Shown one piece after another: positions 10,379-21,906 of a DNA stretch of 64,000 bases. A program made the translations under genes and the position numbers. The notes under the pieces were generated by a model. The model ran no database searches. It saw only the letters and a list, made by a program, of their open reading frames with translations, and had not been told where the DNA came from. Position 1 is the first letter of the stretch, and the number at the start of each line of letters is the position of its first letter. This DNA comes from Rhodospirillales bacterium (GTDB lineage: Bacteria > Pseudomonadota > Alphaproteobacteria > Rhodospirillales > Casp-alpha2), in the NCBI GenBank assembly GCA_965659695.1, contig CBFHXC010000001.1, positions 3,845-67,844 on the forward strand, read 5' to 3'.

Positions 10379-11404
10379 GTGAAGATAGTAAAAGCATGTG
10401 GCGTGGCGCTCACCGTTGCGCTTGGGCTAATCCATCAAGGTGCCGCCGCGCAAGAACCGCCAACCAAGGCGAGCGTGATCATGTATCACAGGTTCGGGGA
10501 ACAGGATTTCCCATCGACCAATGTAACCATGGAACAATTCAGCGCGCATGTCACAGAATTGAAAACGGGTGGTTATAACGTCGCCTCATTGCCTGATATT
10601 ATCGCGGCGCTTAAAAGCGGTACGGCTCTGCCACCCAAAACAGTTGGGCTGAGTGTCGATGATGCGTACGAGTCGGTTTACACCAAGGCTTGGCCAATGC
10701 TCAAAGAAGCGGGCTTTCCATTTACGCTGTTCGTCGCCACCGAGGCCGTCGACAAGCGGTTGGGGCGCTACATGTCCTGGGACCAGATTCGCGATCTGCA
10801 GTCACAAGGTGTGACCATCGGTAGCCAAACCAAAACCCATCCGCACATGCCAAAATTAAGCGACACCCAAGTCCGGGCCGAGTTAGAAGAATCGAATGCG
10901 CGGTTCAAAATAGAATTGGGCGAGGTGCCAAGCCTAATCGCATACCCGTATGGCGAAGCCAGTCTGGCCGTCATGAACACGTCCAAGGAGATGGGCTTTG
11001 TCGCTGGGTTCGGACAGCATTCAGGGGCCATCGGCAACACGAGCCCGATGTATTATCTGCCCCGTTTCGCCATGAACGAGGCGTTTGGATCGTTAGAGCG
11101 ATTTAAACTGGCAGCAAACGTCCTGCCCATCGGTTCCGCCGACATCACACCAGTTGATCCCGTGATCGGTGCCAACAATCCGCCCTCCATCGGTTTTACC
11201 GTGACATGGCCAACCAAGAATTTAGACCGATTGAACTGCTTTGCGTCGCATTCCAAAAACTTGGAAATCACACGCCTCGGTAATCGGCTTGAAGTCCGCA
11301 CCCCGGACGCGATGCCTCAAGGCCGCACCCGCCTGAACTGCACCATGCCGGCCGGAAATGGAACATGGCATTGGTTCGGTCGACAGTTTTATGTGCCTAA
11401 TTGA
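10379..11404 (+). CDS. Secreted polysaccharide deacetylase (CE4/NodB family)
   Basis: Signal peptide ending AAA-Q; MYHRF, SVDDAY, AYPYG and LPRF motifs. Confidence 0.85.
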   Translation: MKIVKACGVALTVALGLIHQGAAAQEPPTKASVIMYHRFGEQDFPSTNVTMEQFSAHVTELKTGGYNVASLPDIIAALKSGTALPPKTVGLSVDDAYESVYTKAWPMLKEAGFPFTLFVATEAVDKRLGRYMSWDQIRDLQSQGVTIGSQTKTHPHMPKLSDTQVRAELEESNARFKIELGEVPSLIAYPYGEASLAVMNTSKEMGFVAGFGQHSGAIGNTSPMYYLPRFAMNEAFGSLERFKLAANVLPIGSADITPVDPVIGANNPPSIGFTVTWPTKNLDRLNCFASHSKNLEITRLGNRLEVRTPDAMPQGRTRLNCTMPAGNGTWHWFGRQFYVPN

Positions 11405-11416
11405 CGAGAGCTTCGC

Positions 11417-12481
11417 TTAAGCTTCTTTCTCGTCGCCATTAGATGCCAGTTGGGCCGCGGCATCCAACTCACGAAGATCATTGGCGTCGATAATCAATCG
11501 AATGCTTTTGACGTATTTCTCACCGCGCTCGGAATACTTGGTCAGCGTGCCCGCCAGGTCCCAACCATTTAAGTTGTTGCCCTGTTTCCGCATCGTTGCC
11601 CATTTCGCGCGAAAAGATTTATAGGCACCGTGCGTATTCAGATTGCGCATGTATTCCGCGACAGAGTCGGACAACGAGTCGAAAGCCTTGACCTTGTGGG
11701 TCATGCCCTCTTTGCGGTCTTTAGGGATCAGACCTTCGTCATCAGCTGTGGTCCATTGGCCAGACAAGGCATTGCCATTTTGTGCGAACCGGGACGTTCC
11801 CCAACCGCTTTCTTCTGCCGCTTGTGCCATCGCCAAGGACACAGGAATTTCATCAACACGCGCGATCAAGGTTTCCAAATCGTCCACGTCCGCTTTGTAA
11901 CGTTGCGCCAAACGTGCCAACCAAGCCGCATCGGACGCGCTGAGGGCGTGTCCGCCATGAACAACACCAACCAATCTCAACAGCCTCTGACGATCAGAGG
12001 CGATTTTTTCGTTTTCCATCAAAATCAGCGGCAGTGTTGTTTTGAAGAACACCGATTTTTTCAGTTCCACCTGACGAATGGCGTGCAAGTCTTCGGGCAA
12101 GGCCGCTATAGATACGCGGGGAACTGGCACATCCCCTTCGCGGACAAGGTCCAACTCGTAGCCCATAGCCAAAAAGCGCTTGTACAACGTCTTGGCACTT
12201 TGTTCGGCTTTGCCTTGCAAGCTGTCCGAAGAAACAGAAGCCAATTCGGTTTTCTTGGGCGCTAGATTGGCGACACCTTTGTTCAGATAAGCAGCTTCGG
12301 CGTGATCAGCATTGAACGCCACCCGTGTTGCAGCGGTCACATCGTTGTCGCCGAGCAGCGCGGATTGGGCTGGCAAAACGGCAAGCGCGACCAATGCCAG
12401 AATGGCCGACCGTTTGATATTTTTGATTGTCATTTGCTTCGCGGCACGGGCCTTTTTGGGCGCGCGCTTTCCTCTCGTCAC
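11417..12481 (-). CDS. Bax-like glucosaminidase (GH73) domain protein
   Basis: KKSVFFKTTLPLI, AQAAEESGWGTSRFA, YMRNLNTH, YSERGEKYV. Confidence 0.85.
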   Translation of the reverse strand: MTRGKRAPKKARAAKQMTIKNIKRSAILALVALAVLPAQSALLGDNDVTAATRVAFNADHAEAAYLNKGVANLAPKKTELASVSSDSLQGKAEQSAKTLYKRFLAMGYELDLVREGDVPVPRVSIAALPEDLHAIRQVELKKSVFFKTTLPLILMENEKIASDRQRLLRLVGVVHGGHALSASDAAWLARLAQRYKADVDDLETLIARVDEIPVSLAMAQAAEESGWGTSRFAQNGNALSGQWTTADDEGLIPKDRKEGMTHKVKAFDSLSDSVAEYMRNLNTHGAYKSFRAKWATMRKQGNNLNGWDLAGTLTKYSERGEKYVKSIRLIIDANDLRELDAAAQLASNGDEKEA

Positions 12482-12680
12482 ACTTTTAGTCCCTAAAAGG
12501 TTCTTGCAGATGGCCTGAATGCCGCGTCGATATATTTACCTGACGGGCGTCCACAAAACATTGAGACTGACAAGCACACAGCTTTTCAGCCGTCATTGGG
12601 ATATGGTGGATAAGACCGCATTGCGCAACCGGAATTAGACTTTTTCAGTGACCCTAACTCCGTTGCACAGTTGATCGAGA

Positions 12681-13232
12681 CTACTCGACGGCGCGGACTT
12701 CTTGTACTTCCGGCACATAATGACGGAGCATATTTTCAATGCCGTGCTTCAACGTCGCGGTAGAACTTGGGCAACCGGCGCAAGCACCTTGCATGTGCAA
12801 AGAAACAATGCCGTCGTCGAAGCCTTTAAACACGATGTCGCCACCGTCTTGCGCCACAGCCGGACGCACACGGGTATCAATCAGTTCTTTGATCTGTTTC
12901 ACGACTGGATCATCTTCACCTGCCGCTTCCCCGGCTTCGTCTGTTGAGTCTTCGAGGACCGGACGACCGGATTGATAATGCTCCATAATCCCACCCAGGA
13001 TTTGAGGGCGCATCACGTCCCACTCGCGATCATCGGATTTGGTGACGGTGACAAAATCTGAACCAAGGAAAACGCCGACTACACCCTCAATTGCGAATAA
13101 CCGGGTCGCCAACGGCGAACGCGCAGCATCGCTGGAATCAGCAAAATTTGCTGTACCACTGTCGACCACTGTCTTGCCGGGCAGAAACTTTAACGTCGCC
13201 GGGTTCGGCGTTCCTTCAGTTTGAATAAACAT
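12681..13232 (-). CDS. NifU/NfuA-family Fe-S carrier
   Basis: MFIQTEGTPNPATLKFLP, RVRPAVAQDGGDI, GACAGCPSS. Confidence 0.93.
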   Translation of the reverse strand: MFIQTEGTPNPATLKFLPGKTVVDSGTANFADSSDAARSPLATRLFAIEGVVGVFLGSDFVTVTKSDDREWDVMRPQILGGIMEHYQSGRPVLEDSTDEAGEAAGEDDPVVKQIKELIDTRVRPAVAQDGGDIVFKGFDDGIVSLHMQGACAGCPSSTATLKHGIENMLRHYVPEVQEVRAVE

Positions 13233-13295
13233 GTTCATCTCCAACTTGTTCGTGGCCTCGTAAGTTATTCACTCGGGCGCACGTCTTTGATCGTA

Positions 13296-13324
13296 ATGTG
13301 GCTATTATTATATCCAGTTACAAG
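13296..13324 (-). promoter_or_regulatory. Putative RpoH (sigma32) promoter of the nfuA-like gene
   Basis: Minus strand CTTGTA-N17-CCACAT resembles the alphaproteobacterial RpoH consensus and the hslV upstream motif. Confidence 0.4.
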
Positions 13325-13360
13325 CCACAGCGGTGTGACGAGTTTTAAGCGCGGATTCAG

Positions 13361-14374
13361 CTAGCGGCGCTTTTTAGGTCGCAAGAAACCAATCACATCT
13401 TGCACCTCTCGCAAAACGGGCTCTGCTAGGGCGGTAGCGCGCTCGGCCCCGTCTGCCAAAACGCCATCAACTTGGGCTTTATCGGCCAGCAAACGGCGGT
13501 ACTCGTCCTGGATCGGGGCCAGGGACGCCACGGCCACATCGGAAAGCCGACCTTTGAGTATTGAGAATTGCTGCCCGGCAAATTCAGCAATGGCGTCGTC
13601 CATGCTGACATCGGCCAGTGCCGCGTATATTCCCAACAAATTCCGCGCTTCTGGACGACCGTCGAGGCCCCCTGCATTATCAGGCAACAGATCAGGATCG
13701 GTTTTCGCCTTTTTGATTTTGCGAACGATGGTGTCTGTATCATCCGTCATGTTGATCCGCGACAGATCGGATGGATCTGATTTTGACATTTTGCTGGTGC
13801 CATCTTTCAACGACATAACCCGCGTTGCTGAGCCCAGGATTAATGGTTCCGGAACGGGGAAGATTTCTTTTTTATAATCGTAATTGAATTTCTGCGCGAT
13901 GTCGCGGGCCAGTTCCAGATGCTGTTTTTGGTCTTCGCCAACGGGGACGTGCGTTGCTTTGTACAACAGAATGTCCGCGGCCATCAGGTTTGGATAGGCG
14001 AACAATCCAACGGACGCGGCTTCTTGGTCTTTGCCAGCTTTTTCTTTGAACTGAGTCATGCGACCCAACCAGCCCAATCGTGCAACGCAGTTGAAAATCC
14101 ACGCCAGTTCCGCATGGCCAGAAACTTGTGACTGGTTGAATATGATATGCTTTTCGGCATCAATGCCCGACGCAATCATCGCAGCGGCAACTTCGCGGGT
14201 TGATTTTCTAAGTGAGTCCGGGTCCTGCCAGACCGTGATGGCGTGCAGATCAACCACGCAGAACAGGCATTCGTATTGATCCTGTAATGCGACCCAATTC
14301 CGGATGGCACCCAAATAGTTACCAAGGTGAAGGTTGCCCGTGGGTTGGACGCCGGAGAAAATTCGTTCGGTCAT
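13361..14374 (-). CDS. trpS: Tryptophanyl-tRNA synthetase
   Basis: [29 protein letters not shown]. Confidence 0.97.
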   Translation of the reverse strand: MTERIFSGVQPTGNLHLGNYLGAIRNWVALQDQYECLFCVVDLHAITVWQDPDSLRKSTREVAAAMIASGIDAEKHIIFNQSQVSGHAELAWIFNCVARLGWLGRMTQFKEKAGKDQEAASVGLFAYPNLMAADILLYKATHVPVGEDQKQHLELARDIAQKFNYDYKKEIFPVPEPLILGSATRVMSLKDGTSKMSKSDPSDLSRINMTDDTDTIVRKIKKAKTDPDLLPDNAGGLDGRPEARNLLGIYAALADVSMDDAIAEFAGQQFSILKGRLSDVAVASLAPIQDEYRRLLADKAQVDGVLADGAERATALAEPVLREVQDVIGFLRPKKRR

Positions 14375-14453
14375 TATGGTGCTCGCGTGAGTTAAATCGT
14401 GAATTCCGTTGGCGGGTTATCGCGCGCGGGCTCTATGGGGTCAAGGTGGGGGG

Positions 14454-16010
14454 TCAAGCGGTCGGCGGTGGGCGTCTGACGGCGGATTTGATTTCTGTGA
14501 TGGAAAACACGCCCAGCAGTCTGGCACTCAAGAAATAAAGCGCTGCACCACCGATGATTAGAACGCTTAACGCGCTGACCTCAATCAATGCGCCCGCAGC
14601 CAAATACGGCGTTGCCCACGCGGCACCAAACCACAGCGCACCACCCATAATGACGCTGGCAGCAATGATCCCCGTGGATCGAACAAGCAATCGCCGATCC
14701 ATTTGGTAATGACCCCGCAGCCCCAGGATGATGATGAGACCCAGCACGTTCAACCACGCCGAAATGCTGGAGGCCATAGCGATTCCGACGTGGGCGAATT
14801 TTTCCATCAGAACCAGATTAAGAATGATGTTCACGATGATCGAAAACGCGGCGATGATCACAGGCGTTTTGGTATCTTCGCGGGCAAAGAACCCTGGCGT
14901 GAATACCCTGATGCCGACGTATGCAGGCAATCCCAGCGCATAGGCTGCAAGGGCCGTCGCTGTCGCTTGTGTCGCGGCGGCATCGAACGCGCCCCGCTCA
15001 AACAACGTGGCCACGATGGGGCCAGGGATGGCGACCAGGGCCACCGCAGCAGGCAGGGTCAAAAGCAGTGCGAATTCCGCACCCCTGTTTTGCGCGTTGT
15101 TAGCATCATCAAGATCACCCTTTTCCAATTGTCGGGAAATCATTGGCAGCAGGGCGGTGCCGACGGCAATCCCAACCACGCCCAGGGGCAACTGGGTAAT
15201 GCGGTCCACGTAGTACAGATAAGACACTGCACCATCAGAAATGGTCGTCGCCAAAATCGTGCCGATCAGCAAATTGATCTGATAAAGCGAGGCACCGAAT
15301 ACCACAGGCAACGTCCGTCGTCCGAGCGTTCTAACCTTTGGCGTCAACCTGGGGCGGCGGAACTTGATTGGGAAACCCGCTCGGTGGCAATGCCATGTCA
15401 GCCACATAAATTGGATGATACCAGCGGCGAATACACCCCATACCAGGGCACGTCCGGTTTCTTCGTCCGACCCGCCAAATCCAAGGATGGCAGCGATCAG
15501 TGTGAGGTTTAACAAAACGGGCGCCGCCGCCGCGGCAGAGAACTTGCCTAAAGCATTCAACACACCGGATTGGAGCGCCACCAAAGAAATAAACAACAGA
15601 TAGGGAAATGCGATCCTGGAAAACTCGGTCGCCATTTCCATCTTGCCTGGCACCTCGTCAAACCCCGGGGCCAGATAAGGCATCAGCCAGGGCATCGTCA
15701 GTTGAACGGCAATCACGAATACCAACAGAATTACGGCAAGCGTTGCAAAAGCGTGCTCGGCGAACTCCTGAGCTGGTCCTCGACCCTCACCCTCTAACGA
15801 GCGGGAAAATAACGGCACGAACGCGGCGGCAAAGGCCCCCTCGGCGAATAAACGCCGGAATAAATTCGGGAACCGAAAGGCGACAACAAATGCATCGGCC
15901 ACCGCGCCTGCGCCCAAAAAATTTGCGATCAAGATGTCGCGCAGAAACCCAAAGATGCGACTGAGCATCGTCATGGAGCCTATGGCAGAAACGGCGCGTA
16001 TGAGATTCAT
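14454..16010 (-). CDS. murJ: Lipid II flippase MurJ (MviN)
   Basis: SRIFGFLRD, FPNLFRRLFAEGAF, DTKTPV. Confidence 0.96.
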   Translation of the reverse strand: MNLIRAVSAIGSMTMLSRIFGFLRDILIANFLGAGAVADAFVVAFRFPNLFRRLFAEGAFAAAFVPLFSRSLEGEGRGPAQEFAEHAFATLAVILLVFVIAVQLTMPWLMPYLAPGFDEVPGKMEMATEFSRIAFPYLLFISLVALQSGVLNALGKFSAAAAAPVLLNLTLIAAILGFGGSDEETGRALVWGVFAAGIIQFMWLTWHCHRAGFPIKFRRPRLTPKVRTLGRRTLPVVFGASLYQINLLIGTILATTISDGAVSYLYYVDRITQLPLGVVGIAVGTALLPMISRQLEKGDLDDANNAQNRGAEFALLLTLPAAVALVAIPGPIVATLFERGAFDAAATQATATALAAYALGLPAYVGIRVFTPGFFAREDTKTPVIIAAFSIIVNIILNLVLMEKFAHVGIAMASSISAWLNVLGLIIILGLRGHYQMDRRLLVRSTGIIAASVIMGGALWFGAAWATPYLAAGALIEVSALSVLIIGGAALYFLSARLLGVFSITEIKSAVRRPPPTA

Positions 16011-16071
16011 GAAGTCGGTATGGCGTCAGATTGCGGCCCAATGATGGCGAGGATCACATTGGACGCGGGTG

Positions 16072-18855
16072 TCACTCAGCAGCCTCGGGTTTATCGGCCT
16101 GTGCGTTTTGTTCGATGGCTCTTAATATTTTTTGGCGAACCTCTTTGATCTTTGTTTCTTGCTCCATCTTCAGACCAAAGACGTCCTTTACGTAGAATAC
16201 ATCTACCACGCGCTCGCCATAGGTCGAAATATGCGCGGATGATATCTGCAATGCCGCCTGCGTGATGGCATCCGTGATGTCATGCAAAAAGCCCAAGCGG
16301 TCACGGCCATTGACCTCGATGACGGTGTGTGTGCGGCTGGCCTTGTTATCGATCAAGACGCGGGGAGGTACAGTAAACACGCTGGTCCGCGATGGCATCG
16401 CGTTGGCGCGCGCTTCGCGAAGTTCATATGCGGGTGAGGATACCCCAGACAGCGCACGCTCAATCCGGGAACGAATGCGATCCATCCGGCTTTCCCCCGA
16501 AATCGCTTCGGATTGCGCATCCTGGACCCAGAAAATATCGAACGCCATGCTGTTATTGAGCGTGGTTATTTTGGCATCGACAATGCTGACATCACCGAGG
16601 GACAACGCGCCTGCAACTTTTGAAAACAATCCGGGATGGTCGGCGGTGTAGACCAGAACTTCTGTGGCGTCATGTTCTTCGTCGGTACGGAATTCAATCA
16701 ACAGGTCCTTATTTTCATCGTTAGCCCGCTTGATCAATTCGGCTTGCTGGACAAGCGTTTCCGTATCGAAAGAAAGCCAATACGAATCACGAGCCAACTC
16801 TAGATGATCCCCCACTGCTTTGGCAGACCAGCCCAATTTATTAGTGAGTGCATCGGACAAATGGCGTTTCGCGGTCTCAGCACGTTTTGACATGCGCTCC
16901 TGCGGCATCTCGCCAGACATCGCCTCTGCGGCGCGCCAATAAAGCTCCCGCAAAAGACCGGCCTTCCAGGCATTCCAAACATTCGGCCCCACCGCGCGAA
17001 TGTCGGCGACGGTCAGGACCATTAGCAGACGCAATCTTTCTGGCGACTGCACTTCGCCGACAAAATCGAATACCGTTTTTGGGTCATCGACATCGCGCTT
17101 AAAGGCGGTGTTGCTCATCAACAAATGTTTCATTACGAGCCATGAGACCGTCTCGGTTTCCCACTCGTTGAGCCCTAAGCGCGGGCAAAGTTTAAGGGCG
17201 ACTTCGGCACCCAGCTCGGAATGGTCGCCACCCCGACCCTTGGCGATGTCATGCAGCAAAACGGCCACATACAGCACACGACGAGATTGAATTTCGGAGA
17301 CGATTTCACAGGAAACCGGATGATCATCAATCAGACGACCTGTTTCGATACCATTTAAAATACCAATTGCGCGGATGGTGTGCTCATCGACGGTATAGAC
17401 GTGATACATGTCGTACTGCATCTGTGCGACAACGCGCCCAAAGTCGGGGACGAACTTGCCGAAAACACCCGCTTCGTTCATGCGCATCAACGTTACATCG
17501 GGTTCGGGGCCGGTCAGGATATTAATGAATATCTCGTTGGCTTCTGGATCATTCTGAACCTTGCGTGTGACTTTTTTCAGGTTCTTTGTCACCTGACGCA
17601 GCGCTTCTGGATGAATATCGAGATCGTGTTTTTGGGCTTGCCAGAATAGGTCGAGCAACTTGCTCGGTTGTTTTTTAAACAGGTCGTCGTCGGCCACCAA
17701 AATCCGGTCGCCATCAACCTTAAACCCGTCGATTTTCGGGCCGCTTGCACCAAAGAGCGGCATGCGGAATTTGCGCCGCTTCTTTTTGTGTTGCTCCTCA
17801 AGGGTCGCACAAATGATACGCGTCAAATCACCAACATCTTTTGCAATCAAGAAGTAGTGCTTCATGAATCGCTCAACGCCGCTGAGGCCCGCATGATCGG
17901 TATAGGCCATGCGCTCGCCGATTTCAGATTGAATGTTGAAAGTCAGACGCTCTTCGGGACGACCCGCCAAGTAATGGAGATGACACCGCGCAGTCCAAAG
18001 GAATTCTTGCGCCTTGTTGAAACGTCGCGCGTCTTCGGCGGTGATGACGTTCTTTAGTTTCAATTCATCGATGGTGGTCGCATCCAAAAGGTACTTTGAA
18101 ATCCACATCAATGTTTGCAGATCTCGCAGACCGCCTTTGCCGTCTTTGATGTTGGGTTCCAACACATAGCGGGTATCGCCCAAACGATTGTGACGGGCAT
18201 CGCGTTCGGCCAATTTGGCCTCAACAAACGCAGGCCCCGTCCCGTCCAAAACCTGTTTCTTAAAATCGATCTCAAACTGATCGTACTGTGCACCATCGCC
18301 TGTGATCAGGCGGGATTCCAATAGACTTGTTCGGATCGTGATATCTTCATTGGCCAGTCGGATCGCGTCGGCGCTAGAGCGGGTCGCGTGCCCCACCTTC
18401 AAGTCCAAATCCCAGAGGGTATAGAGCATGTACTCCACAACTTGCTCGGCGCGTGGCGTGACTTTGTAGGGCAGCAAAAACATCAGATCGATATCAGAAT
18501 GCGGCGCCAATTCACCGCGACCATACCCGCCCGTGGCAATCACCGACATCACGTCATCTTTGGTCTCTACCCCGATGGGATAAGCGTGCTCGGTCGCGAC
18601 ATCAAAAATCAATCTCACCAACTGATCAACAAGGAACGCCCCGGCGTAAACGGTTTTTGACCCGCTTTGTTCGCCAGCTTCGAACCGGCGTTGTATCTCG
18701 GCGCGGCCATGAGCCATCGCTTTTTTGTAGACAGCAAAAACATCGTTCTGGGAATCAGAGGTAAATCCAGACCAATTCAGGATTTCCTCGAGCTCGCCCA
18801 AGACGGCTTTGCGGTCAATAATATCGCGGGGTTTGGTGACTTTTCTCATGGCCAT
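16072..18855 (-). CDS. glnD: PII uridylyltransferase/uridylyl-removing enzyme
   Basis: GGYGRGELAPHSDIDL, EPNIKDGKGGLRD, YTVDEH, LLHDIAKG and two ACT domains. Start set at the ATG at 18855. Confidence 0.96.
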   Translation of the reverse strand: MAMRKVTKPRDIIDRKAVLGELEEILNWSGFTSDSQNDVFAVYKKAMAHGRAEIQRRFEAGEQSGSKTVYAGAFLVDQLVRLIFDVATEHAYPIGVETKDDVMSVIATGGYGRGELAPHSDIDLMFLLPYKVTPRAEQVVEYMLYTLWDLDLKVGHATRSSADAIRLANEDITIRTSLLESRLITGDGAQYDQFEIDFKKQVLDGTGPAFVEAKLAERDARHNRLGDTRYVLEPNIKDGKGGLRDLQTLMWISKYLLDATTIDELKLKNVITAEDARRFNKAQEFLWTARCHLHYLAGRPEERLTFNIQSEIGERMAYTDHAGLSGVERFMKHYFLIAKDVGDLTRIICATLEEQHKKKRRKFRMPLFGASGPKIDGFKVDGDRILVADDDLFKKQPSKLLDLFWQAQKHDLDIHPEALRQVTKNLKKVTRKVQNDPEANEIFINILTGPEPDVTLMRMNEAGVFGKFVPDFGRVVAQMQYDMYHVYTVDEHTIRAIGILNGIETGRLIDDHPVSCEIVSEIQSRRVLYVAVLLHDIAKGRGGDHSELGAEVALKLCPRLGLNEWETETVSWLVMKHLLMSNTAFKRDVDDPKTVFDFVGEVQSPERLRLLMVLTVADIRAVGPNVWNAWKAGLLRELYWRAAEAMSGEMPQERMSKRAETAKRHLSDALTNKLGWSAKAVGDHLELARDSYWLSFDTETLVQQAELIKRANDENKDLLIEFRTDEEHDATEVLVYTADHPGLFSKVAGALSLGDVSIVDAKITTLNNSMAFDIFWVQDAQSEAISGESRMDRIRSRIERALSGVSSPAYELREARANAMPSRTSVFTVPPRVLIDNKASRTHTVIEVNGRDRLGFLHDITDAITQAALQISSAHISTYGERVVDVFYVKDVFGLKMEQETKIKEVRQKILRAIEQNAQADKPEAAE

Positions 18856-18960
18856 GTATATAGCGATCCCAGTGCCGATCCCCAAGCAAGATGATCAGTC
18901 ATAGAATTAAGATCATTTGCCTGAGTTTGATCGCAAGTCGCGTGCGCAGCTAGACTGTGG

Positions 18961-21720
18961 CTAATCATTTAAAGACAGCCTTTTGAGCTTATAAAGAATT
19001 TCTAGTGCCTCTAGCGGGGTTAAGCCATCTGGATTGATCTTGTCTATCTCTTTGCTGATTTCATTTTCCTGCATAGGCGCAGGAGAATGAGCTTGCACGT
19101 GAGCTGCGAACAGCGGCAAGTCACTTGCCAAGCCGCTAGCATGATTCTCGGGGCCAGATTCCAATTTTTTGAGGATTTCTTCGGCGCGTGCCACCACATT
19201 CCCCGGCAAGCCTGCCAGTTGGCCGACATGTATCCCATATGACCGATCCGCAGTGCCCGCCGCGACTTCATGCAAAAAGACAACGTCGCCCTGCCACTCT
19301 TTGACCCGCATCGAGAAACACTTCAAGCCCTGCAACCGCTCCGCCAGCTCTGTCAGCTCGTGATAGTGGGTCGCGAACAAACCACGACAGGCATTGATCT
19401 CGTGCAAATGCTCGACCACTGCCCAGGCAATCGATAGACCATCGAATGTTGCGGTGCCGCGGCCAATTTCATCCAAAATGACCAACGCGCGCGGGCCTGC
19501 CTGATGTAGGATGGCGGCGGTTTCGACCATTTCCACCATAAAGGTGGAGCGTCCGCGCGCCAGATCATCCGCCGCACCGACCCGAGAGAACAAGCGATCC
19601 ACGGTCCCAATGTGCACGCGACCTGCTGGCACAAACAATCCCGCCTGCGCCAAGACAGCAATCACCGCGTTCTGGCGCAAAAACGTACTTTTACCGGCCA
19701 TGTTTGGCCCGGTCAGCAGCCAAAGCGGCGCTGCCGGATCATCACCATCGTCTGGTTCTAATCGACAGTCATTGGCGACAAATGGCCCGTCGCCCGCCTT
19801 GTTCAGGGCTTTTTCAACCACAGGATGACGTCCAGCCTCAATCACAAAGGCCATGCTGTCATCTACTTTGGGGCGGATATAGTTTTCTGCGATCGCCAGC
19901 TCTGCCGTCGCCGTAGCCACATCGAGTTGAGCAATGGCATTTGCGGTTTGATCAATGTCTGCGGCGGATTGCAGGATGTTTTCCGTGAGCGCCGCAAAGA
20001 TCTCTTGCTCTAAGGCCAAGGCCCGGTCAGCAGCGCGCGAAATCTCGGATTCCAGATCGCTCAACTCAACCGTCGCAAACCGAACAGCATTGGCCATCGT
20101 TTGCCGATGAATATAGGGGCTGTCACCCCCTATCGGCACACCATCGCCGTGCTTGGCCGTGACCTCGATGAAATACCCCAACACGTTATTATGTCGGACT
20201 TTTAGGTTCGAAATACCTGTATCGTCGGCATACTTTTTTTGCAGGCCCGCGATCAGGCGCCGACTCTCATCGCGCAGCCCCCGCAGTTCATCCAGTCGAG
20301 GGTTGTATTCAGCGGCAATGAAACCGCCGTCCGCCAATGCGGCGGGGGGCTCGTCAATCAGGGCCTTGCCCAGTTCACGCACCAGATCATCATGCCCCCC
20401 CAGTGCGGTGGCGATACCGGGCATGTCTTCAGCCATCAATAACGATGGCACATCGGCAACGCGGTCCTTAATCGACTGCGCTGCGATCAAGCCAGCGCGA
20501 ATGGCGACAAGATCACGCGGCCCACCCCGCCCAATACTGACTCGACTAAGCGCGCGCTGAATTTCTGGCACTGATTTCAACAAGTCGCGGACATCATCGC
20601 GGGCTCGACCGTCCACCGCGAAGGCATCAATCAAATCCAATCGCCGATTAATCGTGACCGGATCCGTTAGTGGCGCGGATAATCGCGACGACAGCAACCT
20701 AGCACCCATCCCTGTCACCGTCATATCGATGGCGTCCAGCAATGTACCCTTGCGTCCCCCAACCATGGCATCGGTGATTTCCAGGTTTCGTCGGGTCGCG
20801 GCGTCGATTTCCATGACCGCACCTTGCTCGACCCGTTCTAACGGGCGAAGGCGCGGCAGCTTGCCCTTTTGGGTCAGCTCTACATAGTCAATCAAGCCAC
20901 CCGCAGCTGCCAATTCGGCGCGATTAAATTGACCAAATGCATCCAATGTCTTGATACCAAAAATTGCTTCGATCCGACGCCGCCCGTTCTCGCTATCAAA
21001 TCGTGAACTCGGCAAAGGTGTCAGACGATCATCAACATCGAACCAAACATGAGACAACGTATCGTCATTCAGCAGGTTGTCTGCAACGATCAATTCGCCC
21101 GGCTGCAGCCGCGACATGATCGCGGCAATTTCAAGCGCGCCTGCAGACTGGGTTTTGAAATCACCCGTCGAGACATCCAGCCAGGCGACCGCGTAATCAG
21201 ATTGCGCCCGCGCGATCGCAGCCAAGAAATTATTTCGTCGGGATTCCAGCAAGACGTCCTCGGTGATCGTGCCCGGTGTGACGACCCGGACCACGTCGCG
21301 CTTCACGACCGATTTGGACCCGCGCTTTTTTGCCTCGGCCGGGTCTTCAACCTGCTCGCAAATCGCGACCCGAAAACCCTTGCGGATCAATTTGTTCAGA
21401 TATGCTTCGTGGCTGTGGACGGGGACGCCACACATCGGGATGTCTTCGCCCAAGTGCTTACCGCGTTTTGTCAGGGCAATATCAAGCGCCGCCGCCGCCT
21501 GCACGGCATCATCGAAAAACAGCTCGTAAAAATCGCCCATCCGATAGAATAAGACCTCGGTGGCGTGATCAGCTTTGAGCTTCAGGTATTGAGCCATCAT
21601 CGGGGTGACGGACTTATCGACCTTTTTGTCCTCTGCCTTGGACGCAGGGATATCCTCGTCATCGCCAGGCTGCGTAACGGCGTCGTCTGAAATTTGATTT
21701 GCGGGCGATGCGTTGTTCAT
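18961..21720 (-). CDS. mutS: DNA mismatch repair protein MutS
   Basis: [42 protein letters not shown]. Confidence 0.98.
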   Translation of the reverse strand: MNNASPANQISDDAVTQPGDDEDIPASKAEDKKVDKSVTPMMAQYLKLKADHATEVLFYRMGDFYELFFDDAVQAAAALDIALTKRGKHLGEDIPMCGVPVHSHEAYLNKLIRKGFRVAICEQVEDPAEAKKRGSKSVVKRDVVRVVTPGTITEDVLLESRRNNFLAAIARAQSDYAVAWLDVSTGDFKTQSAGALEIAAIMSRLQPGELIVADNLLNDDTLSHVWFDVDDRLTPLPSSRFDSENGRRRIEAIFGIKTLDAFGQFNRAELAAAGGLIDYVELTQKGKLPRLRPLERVEQGAVMEIDAATRRNLEITDAMVGGRKGTLLDAIDMTVTGMGARLLSSRLSAPLTDPVTINRRLDLIDAFAVDGRARDDVRDLLKSVPEIQRALSRVSIGRGGPRDLVAIRAGLIAAQSIKDRVADVPSLLMAEDMPGIATALGGHDDLVRELGKALIDEPPAALADGGFIAAEYNPRLDELRGLRDESRRLIAGLQKKYADDTGISNLKVRHNNVLGYFIEVTAKHGDGVPIGGDSPYIHRQTMANAVRFATVELSDLESEISRAADRALALEQEIFAALTENILQSAADIDQTANAIAQLDVATATAELAIAENYIRPKVDDSMAFVIEAGRHPVVEKALNKAGDGPFVANDCRLEPDDGDDPAAPLWLLTGPNMAGKSTFLRQNAVIAVLAQAGLFVPAGRVHIGTVDRLFSRVGAADDLARGRSTFMVEMVETAAILHQAGPRALVILDEIGRGTATFDGLSIAWAVVEHLHEINACRGLFATHYHELTELAERLQGLKCFSMRVKEWQGDVVFLHEVAAGTADRSYGIHVGQLAGLPGNVVARAEEILKKLESGPENHASGLASDLPLFAAHVQAHSPAPMQENEISKEIDKINPDGLTPLEALEILYKLKRLSLND

Positions 21721-21906
21721 CTGGGCCTAATTATCAGAAGCGAAGGAGAATCTTAACCATAGATGTATCACATGGATGTTGGCGACGGAAATGGCGACGA
21801 AACACTTAGCATTGAAGTTTTCCACAACGTCGGCAATATGTTGGTTTCGACCATCCTTTTGATAATTATAAATACGTCCAATACGGGCGACCTGGGGAAC
21901 AACTAA

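Noticed and set aside
21721-21906. Short direct repeat TGGCGACG(G/A)AA twice in the mutS-maeB divergent region
   Set aside because: Only two ~11-bp copies; it might be a regulator site but is too weak to support.
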